DNA of 64,000 bases from a virus. The DNA is taken from the IMG/VR virus record IMGVR_UViG_3300044624_002142, positions 70,429 through 134,428 of that record, one strand, 5' to 3'. How positions within the stretch are numbered: position 1 is the stretch's first letter; the number at the start of each line of letters is the position of its first letter. The notes under the pieces were generated by a model. The model saw nothing but the letters and a program-made list of their open reading frames with translations. It had not been told where the DNA came from and made no database searches. Positions 39,688-49,431 of the stretch are shown piece by piece. The translations under genes were made by a program, and so were the position numbers.

Positions 39688-41384
39688 ACGAACTTACAAA
39701 AGATCAATGGGAAAAAAGCATGTCAACTGGATTTGGTGATGGTGATCATCCAATCAATCATAACAATCCACATCACGATAAATTGGTGGTTAAGTTGGAA
39801 AATGCTGAAATGGCTATGAGTGATATGACAAAAACTATTAAGTACAGTGAAGATTTGCAAAAGATGTTCAATGTAAATGATGATTTGGAAGATTGGGTTA
39901 AGGCCAAGTTGAATCATGCTGCAGATTATATTGCCACGGTGAGAGACTATTTGAAGTTTTATCATGATGAAAAGTCATTGGGTACCTCTGATCAAGAAAT
40001 TAACGAAAAGTGGACTCGTAAATATAAAACAAGTATTGATTGTTCTAACCCAAAAGGATTTAGTCAAAAAGCACATTGTGCAGGTCGTAGAGCACGTCGT
40101 GCTGGAAAACAGACACGTAGTAGTTCTGTAAGTGAAATCGAAGTGTATAATGAAGTTCTCAAGGATTTGATTGAAGATATTCTTGAAGAAGATAGTGCAA
40201 TGGCCATGGGTGCAGTCAAACAAATCAATAATGATGCACAAGAACTTCAATCAATGTTGAAACCTCAGATGGAACTTCCTGATTGGTGTAAGTCTAAACT
40301 GAATTTGGCGGGTGAATATCTTGATGACGTTTATCATCACTTGGATCACTTTGGACCCGAAGGGCGTGAACTTGACGAAGTTTCAGATCCAAACGAACCT
40401 GATTTTTATAAACGTAGAAGTAAGCCAACATTACGTCTTGTTATTCCCGAAATAGCATATTGGGTTTCACCCACTGGTGAACTTATTAAGGTTGGAGATC
40501 ACACACAGTGGGTCAGAGATAATCGTGCTAATATAATAGGATTCAACGCACGTGAACCATTGACCTCTGCGTTTAGAAATGGATATGTCCGTTTAGTGTA
40601 TATACCCCAAGATAACTTTGTCAACCTTCATAACTCTGGAGAAGACGATGGAACGAACGGATTTTATATAAATGGAAATCAAAGATCTGGTACTCCTCCG
40701 TTAACTTCACAGACAAAAGACGCAATACGTCAGTTTGTTAAAGAAAAGAATGTTCTTGTAATTGTTGATGATCGTGGTACACTACGAATTGACGAAATCA
40801 TGAACGAATTATTTAGTAAAACACTATCTACAGCTGCACTTGCTGCTGCCACTATGTTTGGCACACCACAAACGCAAGCCAATGCACCAGTAACACCTAC
40901 GGCTTCAGTAACAACTACTGTACAAAAACAATCACCTTATACAGTAGAAGATATTATTGCAGCAACATTAGTTGATGAAGCTGGTGGTGAAAAGAATGCT
41001 GAACATGGAATGCATGCTGTTTTGAATGTTATTATGAATCGTGTCAAGGGTGATATCCGAAAAGGTGCAATGGAATGTTTGCGTCCAAAACAGTTTAGTG
41101 GTTGGAATAAGGTTAATAAGAAGAGTGCAGACGACATCAAAAAGTTTATTGATTCAAAACGTGGTCATAAACAATTTAAAAATGCTTTGATGTTGGTTGG
41201 TCAAGCAAAAAACAAATCTCTTACAGACATTACTAAAGGATCCAATCACTTTTTAAATGTACAGTTGACCAAACAACAACGTAAAGGTGGAAATTTGCCA
41301 TCTTGGTATGATTCAAATAAAGTTGTTGCCGATGTTGGAAAACACAGATTCTTGAAGTTAGAAGAGATTTATGAACTTTCCTGA
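39684..41384 (+). CDS. Multimodular protein with duplicated helical module and C-terminal SleB/Hydrolase_2 cell wall hydrolase
   Basis: IAATLVDEAGGE, AVLNVIMNRV, QFSGWN, DITKGSNHF, PSW, VGKHRF; repeat MAM..K.I....LQ.M....L.DW.K.KLN.A..Y at about 39810 and 40200. Confidence 0.75.
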   Translation: MNELTKDQWEKSMSTGFGDGDHPINHNNPHHDKLVVKLENAEMAMSDMTKTIKYSEDLQKMFNVNDDLEDWVKAKLNHAADYIATVRDYLKFYHDEKSLGTSDQEINEKWTRKYKTSIDCSNPKGFSQKAHCAGRRARRAGKQTRSSSVSEIEVYNEVLKDLIEDILEEDSAMAMGAVKQINNDAQELQSMLKPQMELPDWCKSKLNLAGEYLDDVYHHLDHFGPEGRELDEVSDPNEPDFYKRRSKPTLRLVIPEIAYWVSPTGELIKVGDHTQWVRDNRANIIGFNAREPLTSAFRNGYVRLVYIPQDNFVNLHNSGEDDGTNGFYINGNQRSGTPPLTSQTKDAIRQFVKEKNVLVIVDDRGTLRIDEIMNELFSKTLSTAALAAATMFGTPQTQANAPVTPTASVTTTVQKQSPYTVEDIIAATLVDEAGGEKNAEHGMHAVLNVIMNRVKGDIRKGAMECLRPKQFSGWNKVNKKSADDIKKFIDSKRGHKQFKNALMLVGQAKNKSLTDITKGSNHFLNVQLTKQQRKGGNLPSWYDSNKVVADVGKHRFLKLEEIYELS

Positions 41385-41652
41385 TTTTCCAACATCTATG
41401 AACGATCCAATCTTTCAAAGTTTGGTTCGTAGAAAGAAACAAGGAGAAGATACAACACTTCCTTCTATACAGGAGTTTCCACAGTCAGATATTGACGAGT
41501 TGGAATCTTTTTGTAGATCACATGGTATATTAGGATTTAACTGTGGAAGAATGAATCCTAAGGCTGCATTACAAATGTTGAAATCAAAATTAGGTGTAGT
41601 AACTCATAAAGAAGTTACAAATTCACAAATAAAACAAATATTGAAAGGTTAG
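41371..41652 (+). CDS. Hypothetical protein
   Basis: Co-directional ORF overlapping upstream gene. Confidence 0.55.
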   Translation: MNFPDFPTSMNDPIFQSLVRRKKQGEDTTLPSIQEFPQSDIDELESFCRSHGILGFNCGRMNPKAALQMLKSKLGVVTHKEVTNSQIKQILKG

Positions 41653-41669
41653 TCAATATTTATTAAATT

Positions 41670-42236
41670 ATGAACTTTGAGAACCAACTTTTAGAAAAAA
41701 TCCTTAAATTGGATGAAGATCTTGCAGCTTGGTTTGGTAAAGGTCCGACAGGCAGTTCAACTGGTGGTGGATGGGATAGATACGACAGTACCGGTAAAAA
41801 GGTAGGTAAGTGTGGTGATAGCAAAAAAGGTAGTCCATATGCAGCTTGTTTAGGTAAAAAGTATGCTCAGAGACTACGTTCTAAGGGTGGTAAGAAAGCT
41901 ATTGCTAATTGGGTAAAACGTAAGAGAACCGCACAACGTAAATCTGGTCATGGTAAAAAGGGTGTCGGTACAACTGGACGTAAACCAGTCAGAGTGAGTT
42001 ACAAAGAAGAATTGTGTGAAGTATTTACAATTCAAAATAAAGCCAACTTAAAAAATGATTTGGTTCAATTTTTGAGAAATGAATTTGAAGACGGTGATAT
42101 TAAAGCTGTTCATCACGGCTTGAGTACAACTGAATATAAACCAAGTGATTGGTATGAATATATGGCCGACAATCTTATCAATCGTTTAATTCAGTATTTT
42201 CAGACAACCACAGGTCAAACAGAAAGAGACATGTAA
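41670..42236 (+). CDS. Basic phage protein (DUF5872-like module), putative internal head protein
   Basis: EDL..WF, GGWDRY, GKCG, PY.ACL, KRKR.AQ; preceded by ATATTTAT. Confidence 0.6.
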   Translation: MNFENQLLEKILKLDEDLAAWFGKGPTGSSTGGGWDRYDSTGKKVGKCGDSKKGSPYAACLGKKYAQRLRSKGGKKAIANWVKRKRTAQRKSGHGKKGVGTTGRKPVRVSYKEELCEVFTIQNKANLKNDLVQFLRNEFEDGDIKAVHHGLSTTEYKPSDWYEYMADNLINRLIQYFQTTTGQTERDM

Positions 42237-42246
42237 AGGATATATT

Positions 42247-43197
42247 ATGAATAAAGTTTACGCTATTTTAAGTTTATTATTATTAACAAGTTGTGCGACG
42301 GTTAGACCTCAAACACAAGAAACTAAAAATCAAGATACAATTGCTAAAGAAGAAAAGAAGGTAGATAAAACTTTAGATCAAATTGGTAAGAATGAACAAG
42401 GTAAAAAGTCTCAAACGTCTACATTGGCACAAGGAATTCAACATTCGTTAAATCAGGTTACAAACCCACCGATTCAAGTTGAAACTGCTAAATCTTTGAA
42501 TGAACGTGTTGTTTCTATTGTTGGATCTCCAAATATTGATGAAATGAAACGAATCAAGGCAACTGTCGATCTTTTGAATTCAGCTGTTGAAGAAGAACGA
42601 AAGAAGGGTCAAGAATTGTTAAATAAACGTGATGAAATTATTATCAAACTTCAACAAGAAAATGCCGAACTCAATCAAAAGTATGATGACCAAATGTGGG
42701 AATTGACTGATAAAGCCAAAGAACAAGCAAAAATTGCTGATGCCAATAAAGCTACATTGGATGCGATGAGTGGTATGTTTGGTTTGAATGCGGTATGGTG
42801 GGGATTGAAGAAGTTCTTTTTCAATTTTTTAACTTTCATTATTGTATTTGGTATAATTTTTCTTGTGTTACGTATATTGAGTACACTCAATCCCGTTGCA
42901 GCGGCTGCTTTTGGTATATTTAATTTAATTGGCACAACACTATTAAGTATGATCAAGACATTGACGCCAAACGCATTTGAAATGTTAAACTTTACAACTA
43001 ACGATAAAGTAAATGAATATAAGTCACCACTTACAAAAATTGTGGATGTAATTCAAGAGTTGCGAGAAAAACAAAAAGACGCACCAGATATGTCTGTTAC
43101 ACTTGATCAAATATTAAAGAAGTTTGATAAAGAAATGGATACGGATGAAAAACATTTGATTGATAAAATATTGTCTGAACTCAGATGGCGTAGATAA
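42247..43197 (+). CDS. Lipoprotein-signal coiled-coil membrane protein
   Basis: LLLLTSC lipobox, long coiled coil, two hydrophobic segments near the C-terminus. Confidence 0.6.
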   Translation: MNKVYAILSLLLLTSCATVRPQTQETKNQDTIAKEEKKVDKTLDQIGKNEQGKKSQTSTLAQGIQHSLNQVTNPPIQVETAKSLNERVVSIVGSPNIDEMKRIKATVDLLNSAVEEERKKGQELLNKRDEIIIKLQQENAELNQKYDDQMWELTDKAKEQAKIADANKATLDAMSGMFGLNAVWWGLKKFFFNFLTFIIVFGIIFLVLRILSTLNPVAAAAFGIFNLIGTTLLSMIKTLTPNAFEMLNFTTNDKVNEYKSPLTKIVDVIQELREKQKDAPDMSVTLDQILKKFDKEMDTDEKHLIDKILSELRWRR

Positions 43198-43293
43198 ATT
43201 AAATTGAGTATTGTCATATCATAAGATATACTGTGTTTATCGTTAATGAATTATAATTTAGTGTGTGCTAAATAAGCCACTAGTTATAGACGT

Positions 43294-43599
43294 ATGAACA
43301 TGAAGTATTATATTATCGACAAACAAGTCAGCAAAAATCCTGCTATTTTTAACACACTACAAGATCTAGTTTCAACACTAGAACGTGTAGTGGAATATAA
43401 GTTTAAAATGACTCGTAAACAGTATATGCAGAATTTGATTGATTTGGGTCACGGTATTGATGATCCACTTGGTAGAATATTTACTGAGTCGATGTCTGAA
43501 TATGTCGAAGTTGGTGTAATAAAAAACAATTCATGCGTCCGATGTAATGTACATGAAGTAGCACAATACTCTAAGTACCGTGACGAAATGGGACATTGA
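43294..43599 (+). CDS. Hypothetical protein
   Basis: 101-aa ORF upstream of helicase. Confidence 0.55.
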   Translation: MNMKYYIIDKQVSKNPAIFNTLQDLVSTLERVVEYKFKMTRKQYMQNLIDLGHGIDDPLGRIFTESMSEYVEVGVIKNNSCVRCNVHEVAQYSKYRDEMGH

Positions 43600-43601
43600 A
43601 T

Positions 43602-45221
43602 ATGATAAATATTGATATTGAGTGGGGAGAACCATATCAACTGACAGATGAAACAAGATTGTGGAGACGTGACGGATTGATTCCTGTCACATATCGTACT
43701 GAATTCTTTTTATACTGGAAAGGTAATAGTTTTAAACTCAAAGACAAAGGTTATGGCGTTCTTAAAAAGGACAATGATTGGTATTTGACACAAACAAAGA
43801 CCACTAAAGATCAATTTACTAAAACAAAAACAAAAACAAAAGAAATTATATCAGAAGATATAGTTCTTAAACCGCATACAATGAAACACTCTGATGGGTT
43901 ACGCCCATGGCAGGTGGAAAGTGTTGCAAAACTCTGTTCAGTGATTGATAAATGGGGATGTGGAATTGATGGAAGCGATGTAGGCGTTGGTAAAAGTTAT
44001 ATTGCGTGTGGCGTTGCTCGAGAGTTAGACATGGACATTCTTATAGTGTGTCCTAAAGCTGTTATGGAGAGCTGGAGACGGGTTATAGTGAATCATTTCA
44101 AGATGAAAACCAAATTGATTGGTATCATCAACTATGAACTTCTTCGTATGGGACGATCAGACTCTATGATTGCATCATATGTTAAGAACCGAAAAACTCA
44201 TGTCAACGAATTTAAGTGGAAAATTCCAAAGTCTACATTGATTATTTGGGACGAAAGTCAAAAGTTAAAGGGTGCAACTACAAAAAATAGTGAGGTGTGT
44301 TTAAAGGCTCTTAAAGATGGTTATAAAATGTTATTTTGCAGTGCAACAAATGCAACAAATCCTTTGGAATTACGTACAGTTGGAATGGCCCTCAAGTTAT
44401 TTGAAAATAATAGACAGTATTATACTTGGTTATATGCACATGGTGTTACCAAAGGTCGATTTGGATTACAATTTAATGGAAACAAAGAAGTATTAAAGAA
44501 ACTACATAAAGACATATTTGTTAATAGAGGTACCCGTTTGTCAAGAGATACTATTCCAAACTTTCCAGAAAGTCAGATCATAGCAGAGTGTTATGATATG
44601 GAAGAAGAAGCACAACATAAGATCAATGGTATTTATGACGAAATGGAATCTGAACTTGCCAAACTTAAAAATAAAGTTAAAAAGGAAAAAAATGATAGTG
44701 CAAGTGAACTGACTGCAATTTTAAGAGCGAGACAAAAGGTTGAACTGGTTAAAGTTCCATTATTTGTTGAAATGGTTGAAGAAGCGTTGGAAAACAATAT
44801 GAGTGTTGTATTGTTTGCTAATTTTACGGAAACTATTACTGCTTTATCAAAACGTTTGAATACAACGTGTATTGTAAATGGTGTAGTTTCTGATATTGAT
44901 CGGCAACAAAATATTGATGATTTTCAAGCGGATAAACAACGAGTTATATTGGTTAATATTGCTGCTGGTGGTGCTGGATTGTCATTACATGATTTGAACG
45001 GAAACCATCCACGTATTGCGTTAATTAGTCCATCGTATAGTGCGGTACAAATGAGACAAGCCACAGGACGTGTATGGCGTGATAGTGCAAAGACTAAAAG
45101 TATTCAAAAGATTGTATTTGTTGCAAAAACAGTTGAAGAACGAGTTTGTAATAGTGTAAACGAAAAACTAAAAAACATGGATTTGTTAAATGACGGTGAT
45201 TTAAAATATGAAAAAAAATAG
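43602..45221 (+). CDS. SF2 (SNF2-like) helicase
   Basis: LRPWQ, DVGVGKS, VCPK, INYE, DESQ, SAT, GGAGLSL, QATGRVWR. Confidence 0.88.
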   Translation: MINIDIEWGEPYQLTDETRLWRRDGLIPVTYRTEFFLYWKGNSFKLKDKGYGVLKKDNDWYLTQTKTTKDQFTKTKTKTKEIISEDIVLKPHTMKHSDGLRPWQVESVAKLCSVIDKWGCGIDGSDVGVGKSYIACGVARELDMDILIVCPKAVMESWRRVIVNHFKMKTKLIGIINYELLRMGRSDSMIASYVKNRKTHVNEFKWKIPKSTLIIWDESQKLKGATTKNSEVCLKALKDGYKMLFCSATNATNPLELRTVGMALKLFENNRQYYTWLYAHGVTKGRFGLQFNGNKEVLKKLHKDIFVNRGTRLSRDTIPNFPESQIIAECYDMEEEAQHKINGIYDEMESELAKLKNKVKKEKNDSASELTAILRARQKVELVKVPLFVEMVEEALENNMSVVLFANFTETITALSKRLNTTCIVNGVVSDIDRQQNIDDFQADKQRVILVNIAAGGAGLSLHDLNGNHPRIALISPSYSAVQMRQATGRVWRDSAKTKSIQKIVFVAKTVEERVCNSVNEKLKNMDLLNDGDLKYEKK

Positions 45222-45519
45222 TATTATTGTAAAACTTGGAACTGAAACATTTAATTTGGATATTGAGGATATGTTTGAAGATCCATTTATGGAAGCATGT
45301 ACTCGTATTATTGAATTTAAACGTCAACAATCAACTCATATGTCAGTACCACCATGTATGATATCTTGTTTAGATCGTAAACGATCAAAGATGCATGTAT
45401 ATAATACTTACGTAGTACTAGTTAATGCTGCAATGCATATTCAAGCTGAAAATTTGAGAAATAGGTTTATGAAAGATAGTGGAATAGATTTGAAAAAGGA
45501 ACCAATTAAATCAAAGTAA
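45208..45519 (+). CDS. Hypothetical protein
   Basis: Co-directional overlapping ORF. Confidence 0.55.
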   Translation: MKKNSIIVKLGTETFNLDIEDMFEDPFMEACTRIIEFKRQQSTHMSVPPCMISCLDRKRSKMHVYNTYVVLVNAAMHIQAENLRNRFMKDSGIDLKKEPIKSK

Positions 45520-45520
45520 T

Positions 45521-46237
45521 ATGAATGATATTCCGGAAAATATTCCTTTAAACATTCTATCCGAACTTGAAAAGTTAAAACAAGAAGTTCGTGAAATGAA
45601 AAAACTTCAAGGTTTGGGTGAATCTGTTGCAAATGAAATTCAACGTGAAATTGCAGAAAAACTTGACGTTCCACATTTGAGAGATAAACAAGACAGTTTA
45701 AAAGTAAAACTAAAAAGAGGACATGGTGCAAGACCGTTATTACAATCAGAAATTGCAGCTGTACAGGCTGTATCAAAAAGTGGTAGAGAAGCTGCACGTA
45801 AATTAGGAGTTAATTATCTAACGTATCGTAAATATGCTAAAATGTACGATATGCACAAGTTGTTAAATCCATACAATAAAGGAATTAAAAAAGATGTGAA
45901 TCCTGAGATGGGTAAGTATCCATTGAGTTCAATACTTGAAGGTAAGTATCCGGACTATCCTGTATACAGACTCAAAGATAAGTTAATTCGTTCAAGAAAA
46001 AAAGATGCATGTTGTGAAATGTGTGGCTATAAAGAACGTAGAGTGGTTGACGGAAAAATACCTCTTCTTCTAAATTTTGAAGACGGTGATTCAAAAAATC
46101 ACAAGTTGGAAAATGTTAAATTGTTGTGTTATAACTGTACATTCGTTGCAGGAAAAGGATTTATTAAACGTGGATTAAAACATTTTGATCCAGATATTAT
46201 GCAAGGGTCAAAACATTTGTTTATTACAAGATACTGA
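45521..46237 (+). CDS. HTH + degenerate HNH-like Zn-binding protein
   Basis: SGREAARKLGVNYLTY (HTH); CEMCG...LNFEDGD..N..LENV.LLCYNC. Confidence 0.6.
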   Translation: MNDIPENIPLNILSELEKLKQEVREMKKLQGLGESVANEIQREIAEKLDVPHLRDKQDSLKVKLKRGHGARPLLQSEIAAVQAVSKSGREAARKLGVNYLTYRKYAKMYDMHKLLNPYNKGIKKDVNPEMGKYPLSSILEGKYPDYPVYRLKDKLIRSRKKDACCEMCGYKERRVVDGKIPLLLNFEDGDSKNHKLENVKLLCYNCTFVAGKGFIKRGLKHFDPDIMQGSKHLFITRY

Positions 46238-46252
46238 CATATTTATTATTAT

Positions 46253-46729
46253 ATGCAAACGTGCGATCACATACTAGCAAAATATGGTGTTATGTCCAAT
46301 TTTTCAATTGCGAAGAAGGTAACTAAAGATCGCATTAAAAAAATGTCTGAAAAACTTAACACGGTAGACGAATTTTCTTTGGACTTTCAAGAAGCATTAA
46401 AACAAGAAATACTAAAAGAAACGCAACTTGCAATATTTAATAATACAATTCCGGGTTTAATCACTAATTCTAAGAAAAAAAAGGAACCAAATCACAAAAT
46501 GATGTTGATTACAGAAAAAGACAAAAGAAAAATAATTTTAATGTCTTCACTTATAGTTAATACGATTTTAGAAAAAGATTTGTCTAAAGATGAAACGTGT
46601 TTATTGATTATTCAACTGGTCAATACTTTAGGATTGCGTGATGTTGATTTCAAGAAGTTTAATGATAATTCCAATACCCCACCCGATGATGAGGATGAAA
46701 ATTATGAAGATAACGATGAGGACTATTAG
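46253..46729 (+). CDS. Hypothetical protein with acidic tail
   Basis: ORF preceded by ATATTTAT. Confidence 0.55.
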   Translation: MQTCDHILAKYGVMSNFSIAKKVTKDRIKKMSEKLNTVDEFSLDFQEALKQEILKETQLAIFNNTIPGLITNSKKKKEPNHKMMLITEKDKRKIILMSSLIVNTILEKDLSKDETCLLIIQLVNTLGLRDVDFKKFNDNSNTPPDDEDENYEDNDEDY

Positions 46730-47088
46730 TAGAAATATACTTTGATTTTATTATTATTTTCTACTACGCTAATACCTTCATACTTCCAGTTTTCAGATTT
46801 AGCTTTACGAATTAGACGTAAATACTCTTCTGAATTATTTAGTTCAAATACTTTACCATCTACACGATTAAAATCTTTTTTCTGACTAACGTAATTGATG
46901 AATACTTTTTTTAGATTTTCATTTTCATCATAAAATTTACCAATTACATTTTTACACTTTTCATTGTGTTCTTGCGATGCGTTTTGTTTAAATGATGTGA
47001 TATACGAATAAAGACCCGGAAATCTTTTAATCAGTTCATTACTGAAGTTATTGTCGCTAATAATTAAATAGAATAAATCTTCTTTCAT
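46726..47088 (-). CDS. Hypothetical protein
   Basis: 120-aa ORF filling the gap. Confidence 0.5.
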   Translation of the reverse strand: MKEDLFYLIISDNNFSNELIKRFPGLYSYITSFKQNASQEHNEKCKNVIGKFYDENENLKKVFINYVSQKKDFNRVDGKVFELNNSEEYLRLIRKAKSENWKYEGISVVENNNKIKVYFY

Positions 47089-47137
47089 ATGCTTTCATAT
47101 ATATTATCACAACGTAGTTGAAAGGTTATTTTAAATT

Positions 47138-48367
47138 ATGACATCAAAAAATTTACAAGAAACATTACATGGAAAAAAGATTGACACAGCTAATATTTTA
47201 AGCATAGCTGATGCAAAAACCGTTCGTGATCAAAAACTTAAACAACACATTTATACAAAGATCGTAATTATTACGGGCGTGACTGGTCAAGATGGAAGTC
47301 ACATGATTGATTATCTATTGGAAAACACCGATGTAATTATTTTTGGTGGTGTACGTAGACTGAGTGTATATAATCATCATAATCTGTCACACATTAACTC
47401 AGATCGATTTTTCTTAGTGAATTTTGACCTTACTGATACACATTCAATTGGTCAGTTTGTAGAAAAGATGAAACCAGATTATTTCATCAACTTTGCTGCT
47501 CAAAGTTTTGTTGCAAGTAGTTGGGACTTTCCAAGACAAACTTGGCAAACGAATTGTACATCAGTATTAGATATACTTGAAGCAATTCGTTTGTATAGAC
47601 CAAGTTGCAGATTTTATAATGCTGGTTCATCCGAGGAATTTGGAAACATTATACGTTCTCCTCAGGATGAAAATCATCCTCTTAGACCACGTAGTCCATA
47701 TGGTGCTAGCAAAGCCGCTGCCCGTCAAATTGTGAAGGTTTATCGTGATAGTTACAATCTATATGCAATTCAAAGTTGGTTGTTCAATCACGAAGGAACA
47801 CGCCGTGGAGAAGAATTCGTAACACGTAAGATTTCAAAGAACGTTGCACGTATTTCCGAAGAGTTGAGTGAAGGACGTATTCCTAAAGCCGTTGAATTAG
47901 GTAACGTAAATGCCAAACGTGACTGGAGTGATAGTGAAGACTTTGTACATTGTGTTTGGATGATGCTTAATCAGGAAAAACATCGTGCTGGTTTGGACCC
48001 CAAACTCTACACAGGTTTATCTTATAGTAAAGAATCAATCGATGTTTTGAAAGAATATGTTCTTTCAAGTAATGAAACACATACCATTAAAGAATTCGTT
48101 GAACTATCATTTAAATGTTTAAATATTGATGGGCGTTGGGAGGGAACTGATATTAATGAACAGTACATACAAAACGGTACCAACCACGTTTTAGTGAAAA
48201 TCAATAGTAACTTTTATCGTCCAGCCGAAGTAGATCTTCTATGGGGTGATAGCAGTGAGTTTAGAAATGATTTCAACTGGACTCCTAAAACGTCTTTCAA
48301 TGAACTGGTTCAAAAGATGGTTAAAAACGATCACTATTTGAGATGTAAAGAGTATCTAAACAAGTAA
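47138..48367 (+). CDS. gmd: GDP-mannose 4,6-dehydratase
   Basis: ITGVTGQDG, AAQSFV, SSEEFG, PRSPYGASK, FNHE...RGEEFVTRKI, RDW, RPAEVD.L.GD. Confidence 0.95.
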   Translation: MTSKNLQETLHGKKIDTANILSIADAKTVRDQKLKQHIYTKIVIITGVTGQDGSHMIDYLLENTDVIIFGGVRRLSVYNHHNLSHINSDRFFLVNFDLTDTHSIGQFVEKMKPDYFINFAAQSFVASSWDFPRQTWQTNCTSVLDILEAIRLYRPSCRFYNAGSSEEFGNIIRSPQDENHPLRPRSPYGASKAAARQIVKVYRDSYNLYAIQSWLFNHEGTRRGEEFVTRKISKNVARISEELSEGRIPKAVELGNVNAKRDWSDSEDFVHCVWMMLNQEKHRAGLDPKLYTGLSYSKESIDVLKEYVLSSNETHTIKEFVELSFKCLNIDGRWEGTDINEQYIQNGTNHVLVKINSNFYRPAEVDLLWGDSSEFRNDFNWTPKTSFNELVQKMVKNDHYLRCKEYLNK

Positions 48368-48387
48368 GTTATAAAAAATACTTTAAC

Positions 48388-48425
48388 AAAAAACCAGATG
48401 ACAAACAAATATCATCTGGTTTTTT
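48388..48425. terminator. Bidirectional intrinsic terminator between convergent gmd and HNH genes
   Basis: AAAAAA-CCAGATGA-loop-TCATCTGG-TTTTTT. Confidence 0.75.
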
Positions 48426-48436
48426 AGTATCTCAAC

Positions 48437-49081
48437 TTAATTCAACAAAAAATGTTTCCAATCTTCATGTTTAGCTTCTTTTATCAAAGCATACACTGGA
48501 ATTGGTTGTGGAACAATGGGATTTTTTAGTAGAGTCAATCCCGCTTCGTTATTGGTTTTATTTCCCTTTTTACTGTTAATGTCTTTTGAACACAATACAA
48601 GATTAGTCCAACTATCAGCTCCACCTTTGCTACGTGGAATGACATGATCAACCGTAGCATTGTTTCGATCTACTTTTTTTCCGGAATATTGACAGATACC
48701 ATTATCACGGTTGTAAATTGCATCTTTACTTGGTCTACCTTTGAAATATCGTACCGGCATTTTTGAATAGTTCGTTGCAATAATGACGGTGGGAACACGA
48801 TAAATTCGGTTTGTACCAGAAATAGTTAAATCCCAACTACGAATTGGCAAATTCATCCATTCTGTCCAACTTATCGGATTCATGCTTTTAGCCTCATTCA
48901 TAATCGGATCACCATTTTGATCAAGTTCGTAATCAATATCAAGTGCCAATGATGTAGGTTTTCCATTATTGTCACCACCACATAAATCAATGATAGCATC
49001 TTTTACAGTTTTAAATCCGATTGGTTGCCAATTGGAATTTAAATTTAGACAAATAGCTTTATTTACAACGCTTTCATTCAT
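48437..49081 (-). CDS. HNH endonuclease (McrA-like)
   Basis: RD...CQY.G, TVDHVIPRSKGG.DSW.NLV.C...N..KG. Confidence 0.88.
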   Translation of the reverse strand: MNESVVNKAICLNLNSNWQPIGFKTVKDAIIDLCGGDNNGKPTSLALDIDYELDQNGDPIMNEAKSMNPISWTEWMNLPIRSWDLTISGTNRIYRVPTVIIATNYSKMPVRYFKGRPSKDAIYNRDNGICQYSGKKVDRNNATVDHVIPRSKGGADSWTNLVLCSKDINSKKGNKTNNEAGLTLLKNPIVPQPIPVYALIKEAKHEDWKHFLLN

Positions 49082-49087
49082 AACTTC

Positions 49088-49115
49088 ATCCTATCACACA
49101 GTTAAAATAAGTCAA
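49088..49115 (-). promoter_or_regulatory. sigma70-like promoter (TTGACT-16-TAGGAT), leaderless
   Basis: -10 box ends 6 nt before ATG 49081; TG extended -10. Confidence 0.5.
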
Positions 49116-49419
49116 TTCCTTTTTTATTTGTTTCGTACAACTCCAATTGTTCATCTAATCGGGGTTTTGCCATATGAAGATCCACTTCAAACCACTCATT
49201 TTTGATTGATTTAGCAAATGGCTTCATTGTTTCCTTGATTTGTTTTTCAGCCTCAAGGTATTTTGGATGTTGAATTGAATATACCAACTTATAATCTCTG
49301 AATGGCGAAGATGTTTGATATTGTTGAAGTCTCTTTTTAAGATCCAACGTCACACCAACCTTTACATATCCTGGCCATGCTTTATTGGTTATGATATACA
49401 GATATCCAACATTAAACAT
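49102..49419 (-). CDS. GIY-YIG T5orf172/MUG113-type protein
   Basis: GYLYII, VKVG.T, RL.QYQT.SP, E, EWF. Confidence 0.8.
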   Translation of the reverse strand: MFNVGYLYIITNKAWPGYVKVGVTLDLKKRLQQYQTSSPFRDYKLVYSIQHPKYLEAEKQIKETMKPFAKSIKNEWFEVDLHMAKPRLDEQLELYETNKKGIDLF

Positions 49420-49431
49420 GCTGGATATATA

